Notes under the pieces: generated by a model
Database searches by the model: none
The model's input: the letters and a program-made list of their open reading frames with translations, nothing else
Told to the model about the DNA's origin: nothing
Position numbers and translations under genes: made by a program
Assembly (NCBI GenBank): GCA_030390025.1
Contig: CM059432.1
Span: 72,666,001-72,730,000 of the forward strand
Reading direction: 5' to 3'
Length of the DNA stretch: 64,000 nt
Source: Squalus acanthias
Taxonomy: Eukaryota
In this document: in pieces, positions 1 through 12,771 of the stretch
Layout: each line of letters begins with the position of its first letter
How positions within the stretch are numbered: position 1 is the stretch's first letter

Positions 1-471
1 TTGGGTACTGAGCAGCACTTTGCAGGTTCATTTTGATTTGACATTCCTTGCATCGATTTAGAAGAGACTGTGGGGGCTGCACACTGAGCTCTTTCCCTGG
101 GCCTCTCCATTGTTCTTTCCAGCAGATTTGATGTACAGGTCTCTCCAGGCCGAGATTCAAGGCTGCAATGAGCAGGGTGTGGATGGAGAGCAAGATTGAC
201 CCTCCCCTTTAAGAACTGGCCGGCACCAGCGTGTCTGTGTTCCATTGCTGACTGACATCACATGAGCTTCGCCAGCGCTCTGAGGTAGTGCCTCGCTCCT
301 CGGCGTTAGTGCCTTAAGAGAGGTGAGTAGTGCCTGATTTACCGCTCTAATCATCTCCAGGAGCGATCGAAGCCAAGTTTGCAGTCGGAGGCGATCATTA
401 GCGCCAGGCGCTAAACTTTGCGCCCGGCCGATAATTGCATCCCAAACAGGGCAATACCGAATTTCTCCCCC
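1..471. mobile_element. Right part of a GC-rich Harbinger-type MITE nested in intron 2 of the Myb gene of element A
   Basis: Ends in caaacagggcaataccgaatttctccccc, nearly the same terminus as the MITEs ending at 27892 and 31010. Confidence 0.6.
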
Positions 472-1602
472 GTGATATTTAGGTACCAGAAACATCCTAT
501 TGTGCAGATGATCAGAAATCATTCTATGAACATCAGATGCCATTTCAATCATTCATGAAATATAAATGAGAGGGTTGCAAATCTATTCTGTCACCAGCTT
601 GCTCTAGTGCGCCCGTCTCTCCATCCCCCACTTCCAGATCCTCTTCACCTCCGACTATGTCGAGAGCAGCCTCCTCAGTGTTTGTTAAAGTTGCGAGTGA
701 TGGTGGGCATCCTCCTGTCCTCGCTCTCTCCCTCTTTTGTCGGCTCTCTTTTCCTGCAATGAGGGACACAAGTGGAGTTTCAGTGAGATTGATGGAGTGA
801 GTGTAAAGATTACATAACATTGAAGCTTAGAGGGAGACAAAGATGGAGTGAAGTGCCAATACCAAGGTGCCTCCCTGTGCCTTGTTGGTTGTTGTCATTG
901 CATAACAGTGAGAGCGAGTGTGAGGGGTGCATAGTAGGATGGTGAAGTGATTCTGTACAGAGAGAGAGGGATAGGTAAGGGTGCAAGGGAAGTATGGGTA
1001 AGTTGGGATGTGGAGGAGTAGGTTGACAATGCTGAGTGCTGGTGATGAGAACAGATGGGAGGCAGATTGAAGGTAAGTGTGATGTTATACTCAATTTTGC
1101 TGAGCGTAGCAGATCATTGAACCTTTTCCTGCACTGAGCCCAGGTGCGTGAGCACAAAGACCTGGCGCCAACCTCCTCAGCAATTTGCAGCCAGGCTGCC
1201 TTTGTCTGCTGAGGAGGCCTCCTCTGGCCATCAGGAGGGAACAGAACCTCCCTGCGCCCTCTTACTCCCTCCACAAGAACATGGAGGGAGTCATCATCAA
1301 ATCTAGGAGCAGCCTTTGATCTTGTAGCAGTCATTTTTACAGGACCCGTTTTCAGGAGCAGCATAAACCAAATGAAATGCAAAGGCTACACGGGCCCCTT
1401 AAAGCTCCTGAATGGAAGACGTCAGCAGAGGCGAGCAGCACACCCGCACCCACTGATTGGGCCGGGTATTGTGCACATCCGGCTTAATAAGCTCAGTTAA
1501 CTTAAAATCCTGATTTGAGAGCGGCTGAAGCCGGCAGTGAGACCGGAAGCCGCCAACCACTCAACCCAACTCCAACGCGCCTCCGATGGGAAAATCGCGG
1601 CC
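472..1602 (-). mobile_element. Harbinger element A (partial): Myb/SANT pseudogene exons 1334-1095 and 753-595, plus terminal TIR
   Basis: MTATRSKAAPRFDDDSLHVLVEGV...WAQCRKRFNDL. Exon-1 donor is mutated (ttgagt) and exon 2 has a 1-bp deletion. TIR end aaaatcgcggcc|att. Confidence 0.85.
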
Positions 1603-1664
1603 ATTGAGTGGGTCTTTGCACACTTTCTATACCCACCCTACCTCCGAACCCATCTCCAGCCCTC

Positions 1665-1975
1665 TATATTCACAACCCACCTTTTCCATTCTCTGATTCT
1701 AGTCTGTTGTGTGTCCCTGACCCCTTTCTTTGCCCCACCATTGGCGGCAGAACCTTCAGCCTCCTGGATTCCACTTTCTGGCATTCTCTCCTTAAACCTT
1801 TCTGCCACTTCAGTTCCCTCTCCTCCTTTAAAAACCTTCTCAAAACCAAGTTTTGGTCACCCCTCCTAATCTTTCCTTTCCAGGCTTGCCGTCTGTTTTA
1901 CATATGCCCTTCTGTGGTGTGTTTTGGGACTTTTTTTTACATTAAGGCACTAGATAAAAGGAAGTAATTGTAGTT
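1665..1975 (+). mobile_element. L2-type LINE 3' fragment
   Basis: cccaccattggcggcagaaccttcagc...ttaaaggcacta-like L2 3' tail; paralogous to 42820-43445. Confidence 0.65.
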
Positions 1976-3119
1976 ATACTTGTAGTATGTGTTGCATGTT
2001 GGACATGGCTAACCACACCTGTCATTTGTGCCTACATAATAGCCAGACCAAGACCTCTCTTTTGGATTTTTCAATTCCTTGGTGGGTTTGATATATTTTT
2101 ACCAACAGAAATTTTCTCGGGCTGGCAGATACACAAACTTTATGACTTTCGAAGATAAGACACTCTTCAATAATTAATTAATCTCAAAGTCCCAATACTG
2201 TTGTAGCATAGGATCATCTTTAGATTTTGACTGTTTTTTCTCAGTTTCTGTAACCGTCAAACTGTTACAACACTGTTACAGATTTGCTGTTATATCTCAG
2301 TATTGTTTCTTATTTGTGAAGGGCCTTTGGGTGTTTCTTAAATTAAGAGGCACTATATAAATGCAAGTCGTTATCCCTTGTGACATTGGGAGTCAGGATC
2401 CCAGGTACACAGTTATTTGATGATCTTTTTGTCACCTGCGTCGTTGAGTTTAGGTATGTAGTTTCAACTCGGCGCATTCGCTACTTGCAGCTGTATACCT
2501 TTGCAATTTAAGTAAGGTGCTTGTAGTCAAGGTAGGCTCTTATGAAGCAACTTTTTCATAATTGTCTCAAGAGGTTTATGATCCAATTCTTTTGGATATA
2601 CATATTTGTGGAACTTTTTGCACCCAATTGCTGCAGCTGCAAGTTTTTTTTCTATTTGGACAAATCTGCATTGGATTGGTGTAAATGCGTTGGTTCTCCT
2701 GTAGTAGGAATGCAATTGGAAACATCAGTGCGAATGCTGCACATGTTGTAGTATTTCATTACTGGGCATTACACCTCTTCAATTCTCCCATCATACTCAT
2801 AAATCTAATGCTAAGCCATGTCTTCTTAAGTGTCTTCTTAAGTAGCTTTCTTAATGGTTTTGTGACATCTGAAAAACTTGTCAGGAATTTGCCTAAGGAA
2901 TTCACCATGCCAAGATATTGTTGTAGGTCATTTTGGTTGCTGGGTGTTTTCACGTGTTTGATTGTTTCTACTTTTTTTCTATCAATTTGAGTGCTGCTGT
3001 GAGTATTTGTCCAATGTAACTGACTTTTTGTACTTAAAGCTTGCAATTATTCAATTCAGCTTCAAATTGTGTTCTCTTACTGTTTAGGTATCTGTCCCCT
3101 AATAGGCTAAATATACATT

Positions 3120-5132
3120 GGGCCGGATTTTGTTCTCAGTGGTGAACAAACGGGGCCAGCCGTTCATTACACTTGCACTTGCACTTGCCCACGGACTTTC
3201 AATGGGATTTTGCACTGGAACTTACTGTGATTAGAGAGCCATTTCAGCGCAGGTGATCTGGGACCTGTGTGAACGGGGCAAGCAACTGTGTATCTCCTTA
3301 ACTAATCAGATTGAAGAGTCATTAATGAGGAGCGCAGAGTCTGAACCAGGAAATATTAGTTAGAATATTTAATTTAATGTCAAATTATGTAGGAAGCGAA
3401 ATAAAGAGAGGGAAAGGTGGGATTAAGAGAGAGATAAAAGAGACAGAGAAAAACATTTTATTTAACTCTTTTAAAACGGAGTGACAGTCTGCACCACATT
3501 TTTGGCTCTCTCTACACCTGCGCACCCATTTAGTACTGCGCATGTGCACTCGATCCAGTCGCGCATACACAGTACCCAACGGTGCCACGGCTGCGCCCTG
3601 CACCACCACGCTTTCCTCGGCTCCATGCAGAAAAGGTCAGGGGATCCGTTGATGGCCGGGTGGGGGGTGGGGGGGGGAGAAGAGGGGATCGAATGGGGGG
3701 AGAGGAGAGAGGATCGAAGGGGAGGGGGAGAAAGGATCGGGGGGGGAGAGTGAGAATCGAAGGGGGGGAAGAGGGAGGATCAAAGGGGGAGAGGAGAGCG
3801 TATATCGAAGGGGGAGAGGAGAGGGGATCGAAGTGGAGGAGAGAGGAGAGGGGATCGAAGGGGAGAGGAGAGGGGATCGAAGTGGAGGAGAGAGGAGAGG
3901 GAATCGAAGTGGAGGAGAGAGGAGAGGGGATCGAAGGGGGAGAGGATCAAAGTGGGGGAGAGAGGAGAGGGGATCGAAGGAGGAGAGGGGATCGAAGGGG
4001 GAGAGGAGGTCATGAGCTCAGGGGAAGAGAAGGTCAGGAACTCGGGGAGGGAAGAACATGGAGAGATCAGTGGGGTTGGGGGAATAACATGATCCAGGTC
4101 TAAAGGGAGGGAATGAGAGCAAGAACGTGATCCAGATGGGAAGACAGATCACATTCTCCCCCCTCTGTTAGACATGGATCACGTTCTTCTAACCCCACCC
4201 CCACCCCCTTTACACCCACACCACGTTCTCCCTCTCCTCTCCTAGACCTGGGTGATTTATCAAAGCCCGGCGCATGTGCGGCAGGTTACCTCATTGGACT
4301 GGACAAAATTCGGAAGTCATGACACTGTCACTATTCACTTTGTACCTAATAAATCTGTTAACAATCCATGACCCACACACAATATGGGGGGGGGGGAGAG
4401 AAGGTCAGGAGCTTGTTGGAGGTGGGGGGTGGTGGTGAGAAGGTCAGGAACTTGTTAGAGGGGAGGAGGTCCTAACCCACCAGGGTGAGCCCTGTCTGTT
4501 CTCTGAAAGCATTACTATGAGCTCTGTCTGGAGCCTGGACGTCAGAATGAATGGATCAAATTACACATTGCAAAGTATTTCATTACTCAGGCAGGCAGGA
4601 TCTAATTACACATTCCAGACAAACTGCTGAGTGTGTCTTGTCCTCCAAGGGGACCAATCAGAAATCTGGTCTTCTCATCTAATGGGACCAATCAGAACTT
4701 TGGTGTTGCAAATACACACTGCCTTTTTAAAATCTCCAACAATAATTAAAATCTGAAGGAATGAGACTCCACACTTGTAAAAGTTAATTTTCAATGCCAG
4801 AGAGGTTGTTTGGCAGTAATTAAGACTTATCACACGACTAAAAATGTACTTGCACTGGAATGAACAAGTCCTAACTTTTTCTGGCGAGTTTAGTGGGTAT
4901 CTATTACGTAAGTACTGCAACTTTACCCTTTCCATGTATTTCACTACCGAGTCTCTTGGCGAGATACAGGTATAGCGAAGCTTCTGGAGAAGCAGGGCAA
5001 CTCGGCTAGAAACATCCTGATTGCCGCATTTAACTGCGCATTTGCGATTGATGAAAGTTGCTATCTGATTTACACTTTAATAACGATGAACGCTGTTAGC
5101 CTCACCATTATTTCTACAGCAAAATCCAGCCC
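3120..5132. mobile_element. Non-autonomous Harbinger-type element (~2 kb) inserted in Gypsy pol
   Basis: TIRs gggccggattttg / caaaatccagccc; flanks att / aat (imperfect 3-bp TSD). Confidence 0.75.
3660..4010. repeat. Purine-rich minisatellite (GGAGAGGAGAGGGGATCGAAG-like units)
   Basis: About 14 imperfect ~21-24 nt units anchored on GGATCGAAG. Confidence 0.85.
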
Positions 5133-6366
5133 AATGGGTTGTTACAGGATAATCCGTATCCATATCCCTTTAAACAAGCTCAAAAACTGAGGCGAATTTA
5201 ACTCTACTCGCTCAGCAAAAACCTGGTGGGTGGGCAGTTAAAATCGCCCTGGCACTTACCTGTCCGAAAGCCACCATGATCGCAACATCTGCAATTTTAA
5301 CTTGCTCTCCTGAGCAGACAGCAAGGACATACGCCCGAAGCCAAAAGGGTCCTTCTTTAGATATGCATGTTGCAACCCGATGACATCATTGAGACCCGAC
5401 TGTAATTTTAACTCAGGCCTGAGCGGGGAATCCACCTGGAGTTAAAATCGGGGCCCCAACAATGAGACGTTGGTTTAATGCTTTTTATTCATATTACACT
5501 ATCCACTACATACAGTAACCATGAGATTACTGGTAGCGACAGATACTCACAGGAGGACTCATCAGGAAGAGTTGTAAGCATGTGGTTCTAATTTGTTTAA
5601 GATGGTCGAAGCCAAAAGTTTAACTCACCTGAGCTTTCGTGTGTTGTAGCATTTATAGTGTTAGTAATGTCTTGCTAGCATGATGATAACATGTCAACAC
5701 GTTCTGGTTATTTTTAATTAATACATAGCACGTTAACCCATCAAGTCATCTTGTAAATGATGTAATCCTCTTTAATATGCCTGTGCGACACTATCATTGC
5801 TTTTCTCACCATTTGTACCTTGCTATCTCATCTTCTCTCATACCTTTCTCTATTAGTCTACTGTATTCATAAGTTTTCTGATCATCTTCTGACTGCTTGG
5901 CTCGGTACCTAGAACACACCATATCTGTCTTTGCAGATTATTAGTCCATTAATGTCTGTTCACAGTTTCAGAGCACGCCACTGATTTTTGCATTAGAGCA
6001 GCTCAGTTTTGTACTTACCTTCTTGTAAATTGACTAAGGCATGACGTTACATTGAGCTGTTATGTCTAGCTTAAAATAAACTGTGCCGCCTTTCATTTTG
6101 AGGTTAATTATCCAATCATTGTCATCTCCTATGTGAATCGCATAAAAAAAAACATTTGCACTCTCACTCTCAGACTGAATTGAATTCTATGAACTTTATC
6201 TTTAATTCTTTGTTTATCTGCTGTGGATGATTTTACATACTTTAGCAAAATAATTTTGTTGCTTCTCAACACATAAACATTTGTCCATAAGCTGAATACT
6301 TTTTCCTCTCATGCGATTTACCGCAGTACTTACAATCAATGATCTATTGTTAACCAGCTAGATCTA

Positions 6367-7109
6367 GGCCCAAAAATTAGTGAGGGAGCCTTCGTGCGAG
6401 GGTAAGGCTTCCCCGCGATCTCTCACTGTGCGCTGGCTTTTTCATTCCCAGCTCGCACGAACTTGATGTTCTGGACAGCAGCTGTGCAGGGCTTCCGTAT
6501 CCCACAGGCGCAGTTAATTCGTGCGAGCTGTGGGATCACGTGACTCAGTTAGAGCCAATGGCAGCACACCATCTTTCATTCATAGCTTTCACAACAAGTG
6601 CTGTGAAAGCTATGAATCTATACCCCCCCAAAAGAACAGCTAAACCTCAATTAAATTTAAAAAAAACCCATCACATTAATAAAATAAGTATAGTTAAATA
6701 AATTAACCATTTTAAACAAAAAATTAAATTTTTGAAAAAATTTTAAATCTTTTAAAAAGTTATAAAAATAAACTTACCTTTCTTTAAAGTCTCTAAAAAA
6801 GATATACCTGTTGAAAAAAATTCAAAATAATACTTAATTAACTACTTACCTTGTTAAAAGAGGGTCTTACGCCTCCTTTCTTTATGTGCAAAATCTTCCA
6901 TACTTACCTGCGCGTTCAAAGCACTAAGTGCACTGCGTGCGCGCAGCCTGTAGCGCGCACGCGGTTCACCTAGGAACCGCCCCCTTTTGAAATCACCAAG
7001 TGCCGGTTTTCAGCGCATGCGCAGTGCATGCAGAAAACCGGCAATTGGAGACAGAATACGCGAGAGTACACAGTGCGTACTCTCGCGTAGTAACACTAAT
7101 TTTTGGGCC
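6367..7109. mobile_element. Harbinger-type MITE, 743 bp
   Basis: Perfect 16-bp TIR ggcccaaaaattagtg / cactaatttttgggcc; TSD CTA; AT-rich core. Confidence 0.92.
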
Positions 7110-7511
7110 CTAATTTTTTTACATCTCTGCCCCACTCACATTAGTTACAGCACTACTGGGCCACTTAGCAGTTGTAGCTTTATTTTTCAGGCTTTCGATG
7201 CTCTGCAAGTATGAAATACTTTCTGTAGATCTAAACTATTTTCTCTTAGCAATCTAATTCTGGATTGATCATCAATTATTCCAACTGCAATTCTGAATTT
7301 AATGAGGCAGCCTATGAGGGATCTGTACTAACAAGAATTAGATTTTTTGCAAATCTATTACCTATTGATCAATCATTTTTCCTTGAGCTTGAAGCCCAGT
7401 ATTAAATATAATTCTTATATAGTGTTTTGAGGTATGAAATATCCCTCCATTAATACCTGTAGCTCCATTTATCCTTTTCCTCACCATATATAAATATATT
7501 ATACAGCAACT

Positions 7512-9025
7512 CCTTCTTCTTAGGCAGTCCCTCGGAACTGAGGATGACTTGTTTCCACATTAAAAATGAGTTCTCAGGTGACTGATGAGTCCAGTGCGGG
7601 ACCTACAGTCTCTGTCACAGGTGGGGCAGACGGTGGTTGAAGGGGTGGGTGAGTGGGGTGCTTAGGTTGACGTGCGCTCCTTGCGCTGCTTGTGCTTGGC
7701 TTCTGCTTGCTCCCGGCGAAGAGACTCGAGATGTTCGGCGCCTTCCCGGATGCTTCTCCTCCACTTTGTGCGGTCTTGGGCCAGGGATTCCCATGTGTCA
7801 GTGGGGATGCTGCACTTCTTCAAGGAGGCTTTGAGGGTGTCCTTGAAGCGTTTCCTCTGCCCACCTGGGGCTGTCTTGCCGTGTCAGAGCTCTGAGTAGA
7901 GCGCTTGTTTTAGGAGTCTCGTACCGGGCATGCGGATGATGTGGCCCGTCCATGGGAGCTGATCGAGCGTGGTCAAAGCTTCGATGCTGGGGATGTTGGC
8001 CTGAGTGAGAACACTGATGTTGGTGCACCTATCCTGCCAATGGATTTGCAGGATCTTGCGGAGACCTCTCCAGTGGCGGTACCTCTCCAGTGCTTTGAGG
8101 TGCCTGCTGTACATGGTCCATGTCTCTGAAGCATACAGCAGGGCGGGTATCACTGCTGCTCTGTAGACCATGAGCTTAGTGCCGGGTTTGAGGTCCTGGT
8201 CTTCAAACACTCTCTTCCTCAGACGACCGAAGGCTGCACTGGCACACTGAAGGCGGTGTTGGACTTCGTCATCGACGTCTGCCCTTGTTGACAGTAGGCT
8301 CCCGAGATATGGAAAGTGGTCCACGTTGTCCAAGGCCTTGTCGTGGGTTTTGATAATCGGGGGGGCAGTACTGTGTGGCGGGGGCAGGTTGGTAGAGGAC
8401 TTTTGTCTTACGGATGTTTAGTGTAAGGCCCGTGCTCTCGTACGCTTCGGTGAAGGTGTTGACGATGGTTTGGAGTTCGACCTCCGAGTGAGCGCAGACG
8501 CAAGCGTCGTCTGCATACTGTAATTCGACGACAGAGGATGGGATGACCTTGGATCTGGGCTGGAGGCGACGGAGGTTGAACAGTTTCCCGTTTGTTCTGT
8601 AAATTAGCTCCACTCCAGCGGGGAGCTTATTGAGGGTGAGATGGAGCATTGCAGCAAGGAAGATCGAGAAGAGCGTTGGTGCGATGACACAGCCTTGCTT
8701 GACCCCGGTCCGTATGTGAATTGGATCTGTGGTGGATCCATTGATCAGGATCATGGCTTGCATGTCGTCGTGAAGCAGGCGGAGGATGGTGACAAACTTT
8801 TGAGGGCAGCCGAATTTGAGGAGGACACTCCATAATCCCTCACGGTTGACAGTGTCGAAGGCCTTTGTGAGATCAAAGAAGGCCATGTACTGCGGTTGGT
8901 GCTGTTCCCTGCATTTCTCTTGTAATTGACGTGCGGTGAAGATCATGTCCATTGTGCCCTTTAGTGGGCGGAATCCGCATTGCGACTCTGGGAGGAGTTC
9001 TTCGGCCACTGGGAGAAGGCGATTG
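7512..9025 (-). mobile_element. 5'-truncated RTE-clade LINE (RT domain, frameshifted)
   Basis: ORFs 8269-9009 (PESQCGFR, AFFDLTKAFD, GVKQGCVIAPTLF, LQYADD) and 7884-8333; short (AAG)n tail; 11-bp TSD ATACAGCAACT at 7501-7511 and 9026-9036. Confidence 0.93.
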
Positions 9026-9249
9026 ATACAGCAACTACCGTATGCTGTAACGTACTAGCCTGCACATTGTCTGTTTTGTCTTCTAAGCCTGTTATTATTG
9101 CATATAATTGAAAGCTTTGTTTCCATTTTCTCCACACTTCTGTGACACTTCCTCCTTGTCTCAAATGATCTGGGAGCTTTAAACCTTCCACTTCTATTCC
9201 AGTTCTGATACCATGTAACAATTTGTAGTCTTTTAAAAACAACACTCAA

Positions 9250-9610
9250 GAGACTGTCAAAGGAGCCAAAGAAGAAGATATTAGGAGGGGGATCAAGCGT
9301 GTGGGTTTTAAGGAGGGTCTTAAAAGAGGAGAGGGAGATGGAGCCGCCGAGGGGTTTAGGGAAGGAATTCCAGAGCACGGAGCCCAGGCAACTGAATGCA
9401 TAGCCACCAATGGTGAAGCGAAGGGAGGGAGGGGTGCAGAAGAGGCCTGAGTCAGAGGAATGGTGACTTCGGCAGCTGGACTGTAGGGCTGGAAATGTTT
9501 ACAGAGATAGGCTGGAGCAAGGCCACAAAAGGATTTAAATAGGAGGATGAGAATTTTAAAATGGAGGTATTGGAGGACCAGTATCCAAAGTAGGTCAACA
9601 AGACCAATGG
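9250..9610 (-). mobile_element. L2 LINE 3' fragment
   Basis: Minus strand LWNSFPKPL..SLSSFKTLLKTH; paralogous to 42150-42630. Confidence 0.7.
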
Positions 9611-9988
9611 GATGAAAAGCAGGTGGGTTCTACAGTTGGAGGATGATCCACTTCACCAGATTATTGCCTAGGCGGTGAAGGTAAAAATTTATCCCCACAT
9701 CTCATGAAATCAGCGGCACATTAACTAAATGGATTGGGAACTTACTAATTAGTGCAAAGCAGAAGGTGCTAAATGGAAAAAGCTCTGTCAGGATATGGTA
9801 TTTCTGGGCCTTCTTGCTGTTCGCAATATTCATAGATAACATGGGCGAGCATATTTCTAACATAATTGTAAATTTTTCTGATAACATTAAGCTATTTAGT
9901 CAGGTGTAAAAGAAATTAATACCAATCAAAGAGGTGCAGGCCAGTTAAATTGATGAACTGAGACATGGCAATTATAGATAAATATATA

Positions 9989-10761
9989 GGGGGAAAAATT
10001 GGGTTGCGCCCCCTTTGGGGCGCTACCTTCGCTGGGGCGCTACTTTTAGCACCCCAAAAAAATTATCACCCCCCCGTGCCCGAAATTCACTGGTAGCGCC
10101 CCAAGAGGGAGGCGGGGCACTTCCAGTAGTGCTCCACCTCCCTCTTGGGGCGCTGCGATGGAATATCACGGCGCTACGTGCCGCAACACCACGTGCTGTG
10201 GCACGTTCTGCCGCAGTACTGCAGGCCTTCCTCCCCTTATTAAAGGGGAGGGGCCTAGCGCAGCATGACCCAGGGCCCAGCTGGGCCACCAGGGATCGGA
10301 GTGCCGGCAAAAGAGCCCGGCACTCAAGAGAATTGCCGGGCTCACGGAGCGCAGCTGGCACTCCACGGGGGGGCTTCTCAGGAGGCCGGGGACAGCAACG
10401 GGGGCAGGTGCTGGCAGGCGGCCAGCAGCAAAAATGGCCTCCTGGCACCTCCCCTTTAATTTGCGCTGCCCCGGCCGCAGGTAGGCCCCCCTGACCCTGT
10501 TGGACATAGCGTCCGGCGGTAAGTCAAGGGGCGCTACTGAAGATCACAGCCGGGGCGCGAGCGGGGCGCTGCGCACGGCGATGACGTCATCGCCGGTGGG
10601 GCAGCGCCGCGGGGCACTAATGGTTACCGCTGCCGCTAACCTCCCGCTGAATTTCGCAGGAGGCGTTGGCAGTGCCGCACCCAGGCGCTAGTTGCTTTGC
10701 TCCCCGTTAGCGCCCTCTTAGGGTGCTAACGGGAGGCGCAAATCAACCGAATTTTCCCCCC
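9989..10761. mobile_element. GC-rich Harbinger-type MITE
   Basis: Ends gggggaaaaattggg / ccgaattttcccccc; homologous (inverted) to 31689-32292; TSD not clean. Confidence 0.8.
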
Positions 10762-10792
10762 AGTCATTGGAGCAGGATTCATGAAACACAAT

Positions 10793-11629
10793 GGGCTGGA
10801 TTTTGATACTCAGGTCGGGTTGGTGTCGTGAATCCCACATTTTGGCTTGTAAACCCGCCTCCATCGAGATGTGGCCAACCCACTGTATTTTCCCTTGATT
10901 GACCTTGTTGAGCCCGCCCAGTGGGCTCAGCAGGCCAATTAAGGGCCACCCAGCAACAGGTGACATCACAGATTGACATTTCATCTGTCAAGAGCTTTTG
11001 CCAGATGAAATATCAGCGTTTGACAGCTCTGTGAAGCTGTCAAACACTGACAATATGATTTCTAACTTCAGTCCTTCCTCTCAGGCTGAGTTAGAAATCA
11101 TTCCACCACAGAAAACAGAAGGCTGCAGTTTTTGACAGGACCACAGCTTTTCTGCTTTCTGTGCCGGTGAGATTTCTGACTCCCGAGAACTGAAGGGCTG
11201 ACACCTGCAGGAGGAAGTTAAGGTAAGTAAAACTTTTTCCCACACTTAGCACTTACCTTACACACTTACCTCTGCACACATGCACCCATCACTCACCTGC
11301 CCACCGGACATATCGACCCCTGCAGACCCACGGTCCGCCCCGATAACTTAGCGTGGTTGCCACCTGTCGGGAAGCCCACATTTCACCCTTTAAAATAGGG
11401 ATTATCCAAAAAACTGCCTGTTAACTACCTGTTAACAGGCAGTTAATTGTCACTAATCCCTTCCCGCCTCGGGGAGTCGGGTCTCAGCACAGGTCGGATA
11501 CCCGCCGCCAGCGAAACTGGCATGGAGGCGGGTTGGAGGCAGGATGGGGTCGGGACCCCCGAATCTGCAACTTTAACCCCCCCACCCCGCCTCCAAACCT
11601 GACTCCACGGGTCATTGAAAATCCAGCCC
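10793..11629. mobile_element. Harbinger-type MITE, 837 bp
   Basis: TIR gggctggatttt / aaaatccagccc; TSD AAT; ends match elements C and D. Confidence 0.9.
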
Positions 11630-12301
11630 AATGAATGGATGTACATTTATAAATATGGAAAAAGAATAGGATTTATTGATCACTCGCTGAAAGTATCAGT
11701 CAATTGAAGCTGTTATTAACAGGACTAATCAAATACTCAGTATATCAAGTGTTTTACAACCAAAAGCAGATTAGTTTAACTCTGTATAATACATTAGTGA
11801 GATCACCTCTAGAATATTGTGTGCAATTTTGGGCCACCCAAACTTTAAAAGGACATTGATAGACACTGGCCCTTCATGACTGGTAGGCGGCAGTGCGGAA
11901 AGCTCTGTGGCATGAGTGTGAATTGGCAAAATCTATCCTACTGTTCAATATGATGCATTATTCCATGGTACAATACAGTAAATATGGTTAACAGTGTGGA
12001 AATGACCTTACTGTAATTTTAAAATGCAGTTTTATATTTATTTTAAGCTGTTTTTCTGAATTCACACCAAAAACGACAGCAATTTCTGAAAATGCTGAAT
12101 AGGAAAGGTTACATTTTCTGATTGGGTCATGAGTTCCATTTGCATTTGAGTGCATAAATATGTAGCATTTGGCACTAATATATGGTTACCTTGTGCAGTG
12201 GTTGGTGTCAACAACCCTTAGCAATGCAAAATTGAACAGGCCGAATTGCATATGTTTTTTAAATTAAATATTTAATAGTAGCCTTCCTAAATTGACACCT
12301 T

Positions 12302-12667
12302 CACAGAATCACAGAATCCCCACAGTACAGATAGAGGCCATTTCGGCCCATCAAGCCTGCACCGACACATATCCCACTCTATCCCCGTAACCCCACGTAT
12401 TTAATCCCCCCTAACATATCCCACCCTATCCCCGTAACCCCACGTATTTAATCCCCCCTAACACTAAGGGTCAATTTATCATAGCCAAATCAACCTAACC
12501 CGCACATCTTTGGACTGTGGGAGGAAACCGGAGCACCCGGAGGAAACCCACGCAGACACGGGGAGAATGTGCAAACTCCACACAGACAGTCACCCGAAGC
12601 CAGATTTGAATCCGGGTCCCTGGCGCTGTGAGGTAACAGTGCTAACCACTATGCCACTGTGTTGCCC
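12302..12667 (-). mobile_element. tRNA-derived V-SINE (HE1-like), ~100 bp upstream of the exon 2 acceptor
   Basis: Minus strand: A box tggcatagtgg, B-box-like gattcaaatc, V-domain gtgtctgcgtgggtttcctccgggtgctccggtttcctcccacagtccaaagatgtg, CR1-like tail gggccgaaatggcc...gattctgtgattct. Confidence 0.88.
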
Positions 12668-12771
12668 TTATTGGGGTGAATTTCCTCGAGGGTTCTCCTG
12701 TTCGTCTGCTACAGCTGGAAGATGTGCAGGGATTATTTGCTTGATTTATTTCATTGTTTTTCTTTTCACAG

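Larger units (their letters stand above)
2400..9220 (-). mobile_element. Highly decayed Ty3/Gypsy LTR retrotransposon internal region, interrupted by younger insertions
   Basis: Minus strand: ...ca|TGGTATCAGAACTGG primer-binding site (9213-9199); gag-like WRKWKQSFQLYAIITGLEDK; protease-like FKLDITAQCNVMP (~6038-6075); RT/RNaseH remnants REHNLKLN, LQQYLGMVNSL..SDVTKPLRKLL, QIEKK..KFHKYVY..DHKPLETI (2527-3100). Confidence 0.75.

Noticed and set aside
3582..4103. RGG/E-rich protein ORF
   Set aside because: It is the translation of a purine minisatellite inside a MITE.
7140..7212. Hydrophobic stretch ALLGHLAVVALFFRLSMLCK as CYP7 exon 1
   Set aside because: No suitable in-frame ATG was found, and it lies within the antisense of the decayed Gypsy gag.
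10015..10691. Long GC-rich ORFs and apparent CpG islands here and at 23.3-24.1, 27.1-27.9, 30.3-31.0 and 31.7-32.3 kb
   Set aside because: All fall in TIR-bounded GC-rich MITEs; the ORFs reflect stop-codon scarcity.
12590..12667. tRNA gene
   Set aside because: It is the tRNA-derived head of the V-SINE and lacks a complete cloverleaf.
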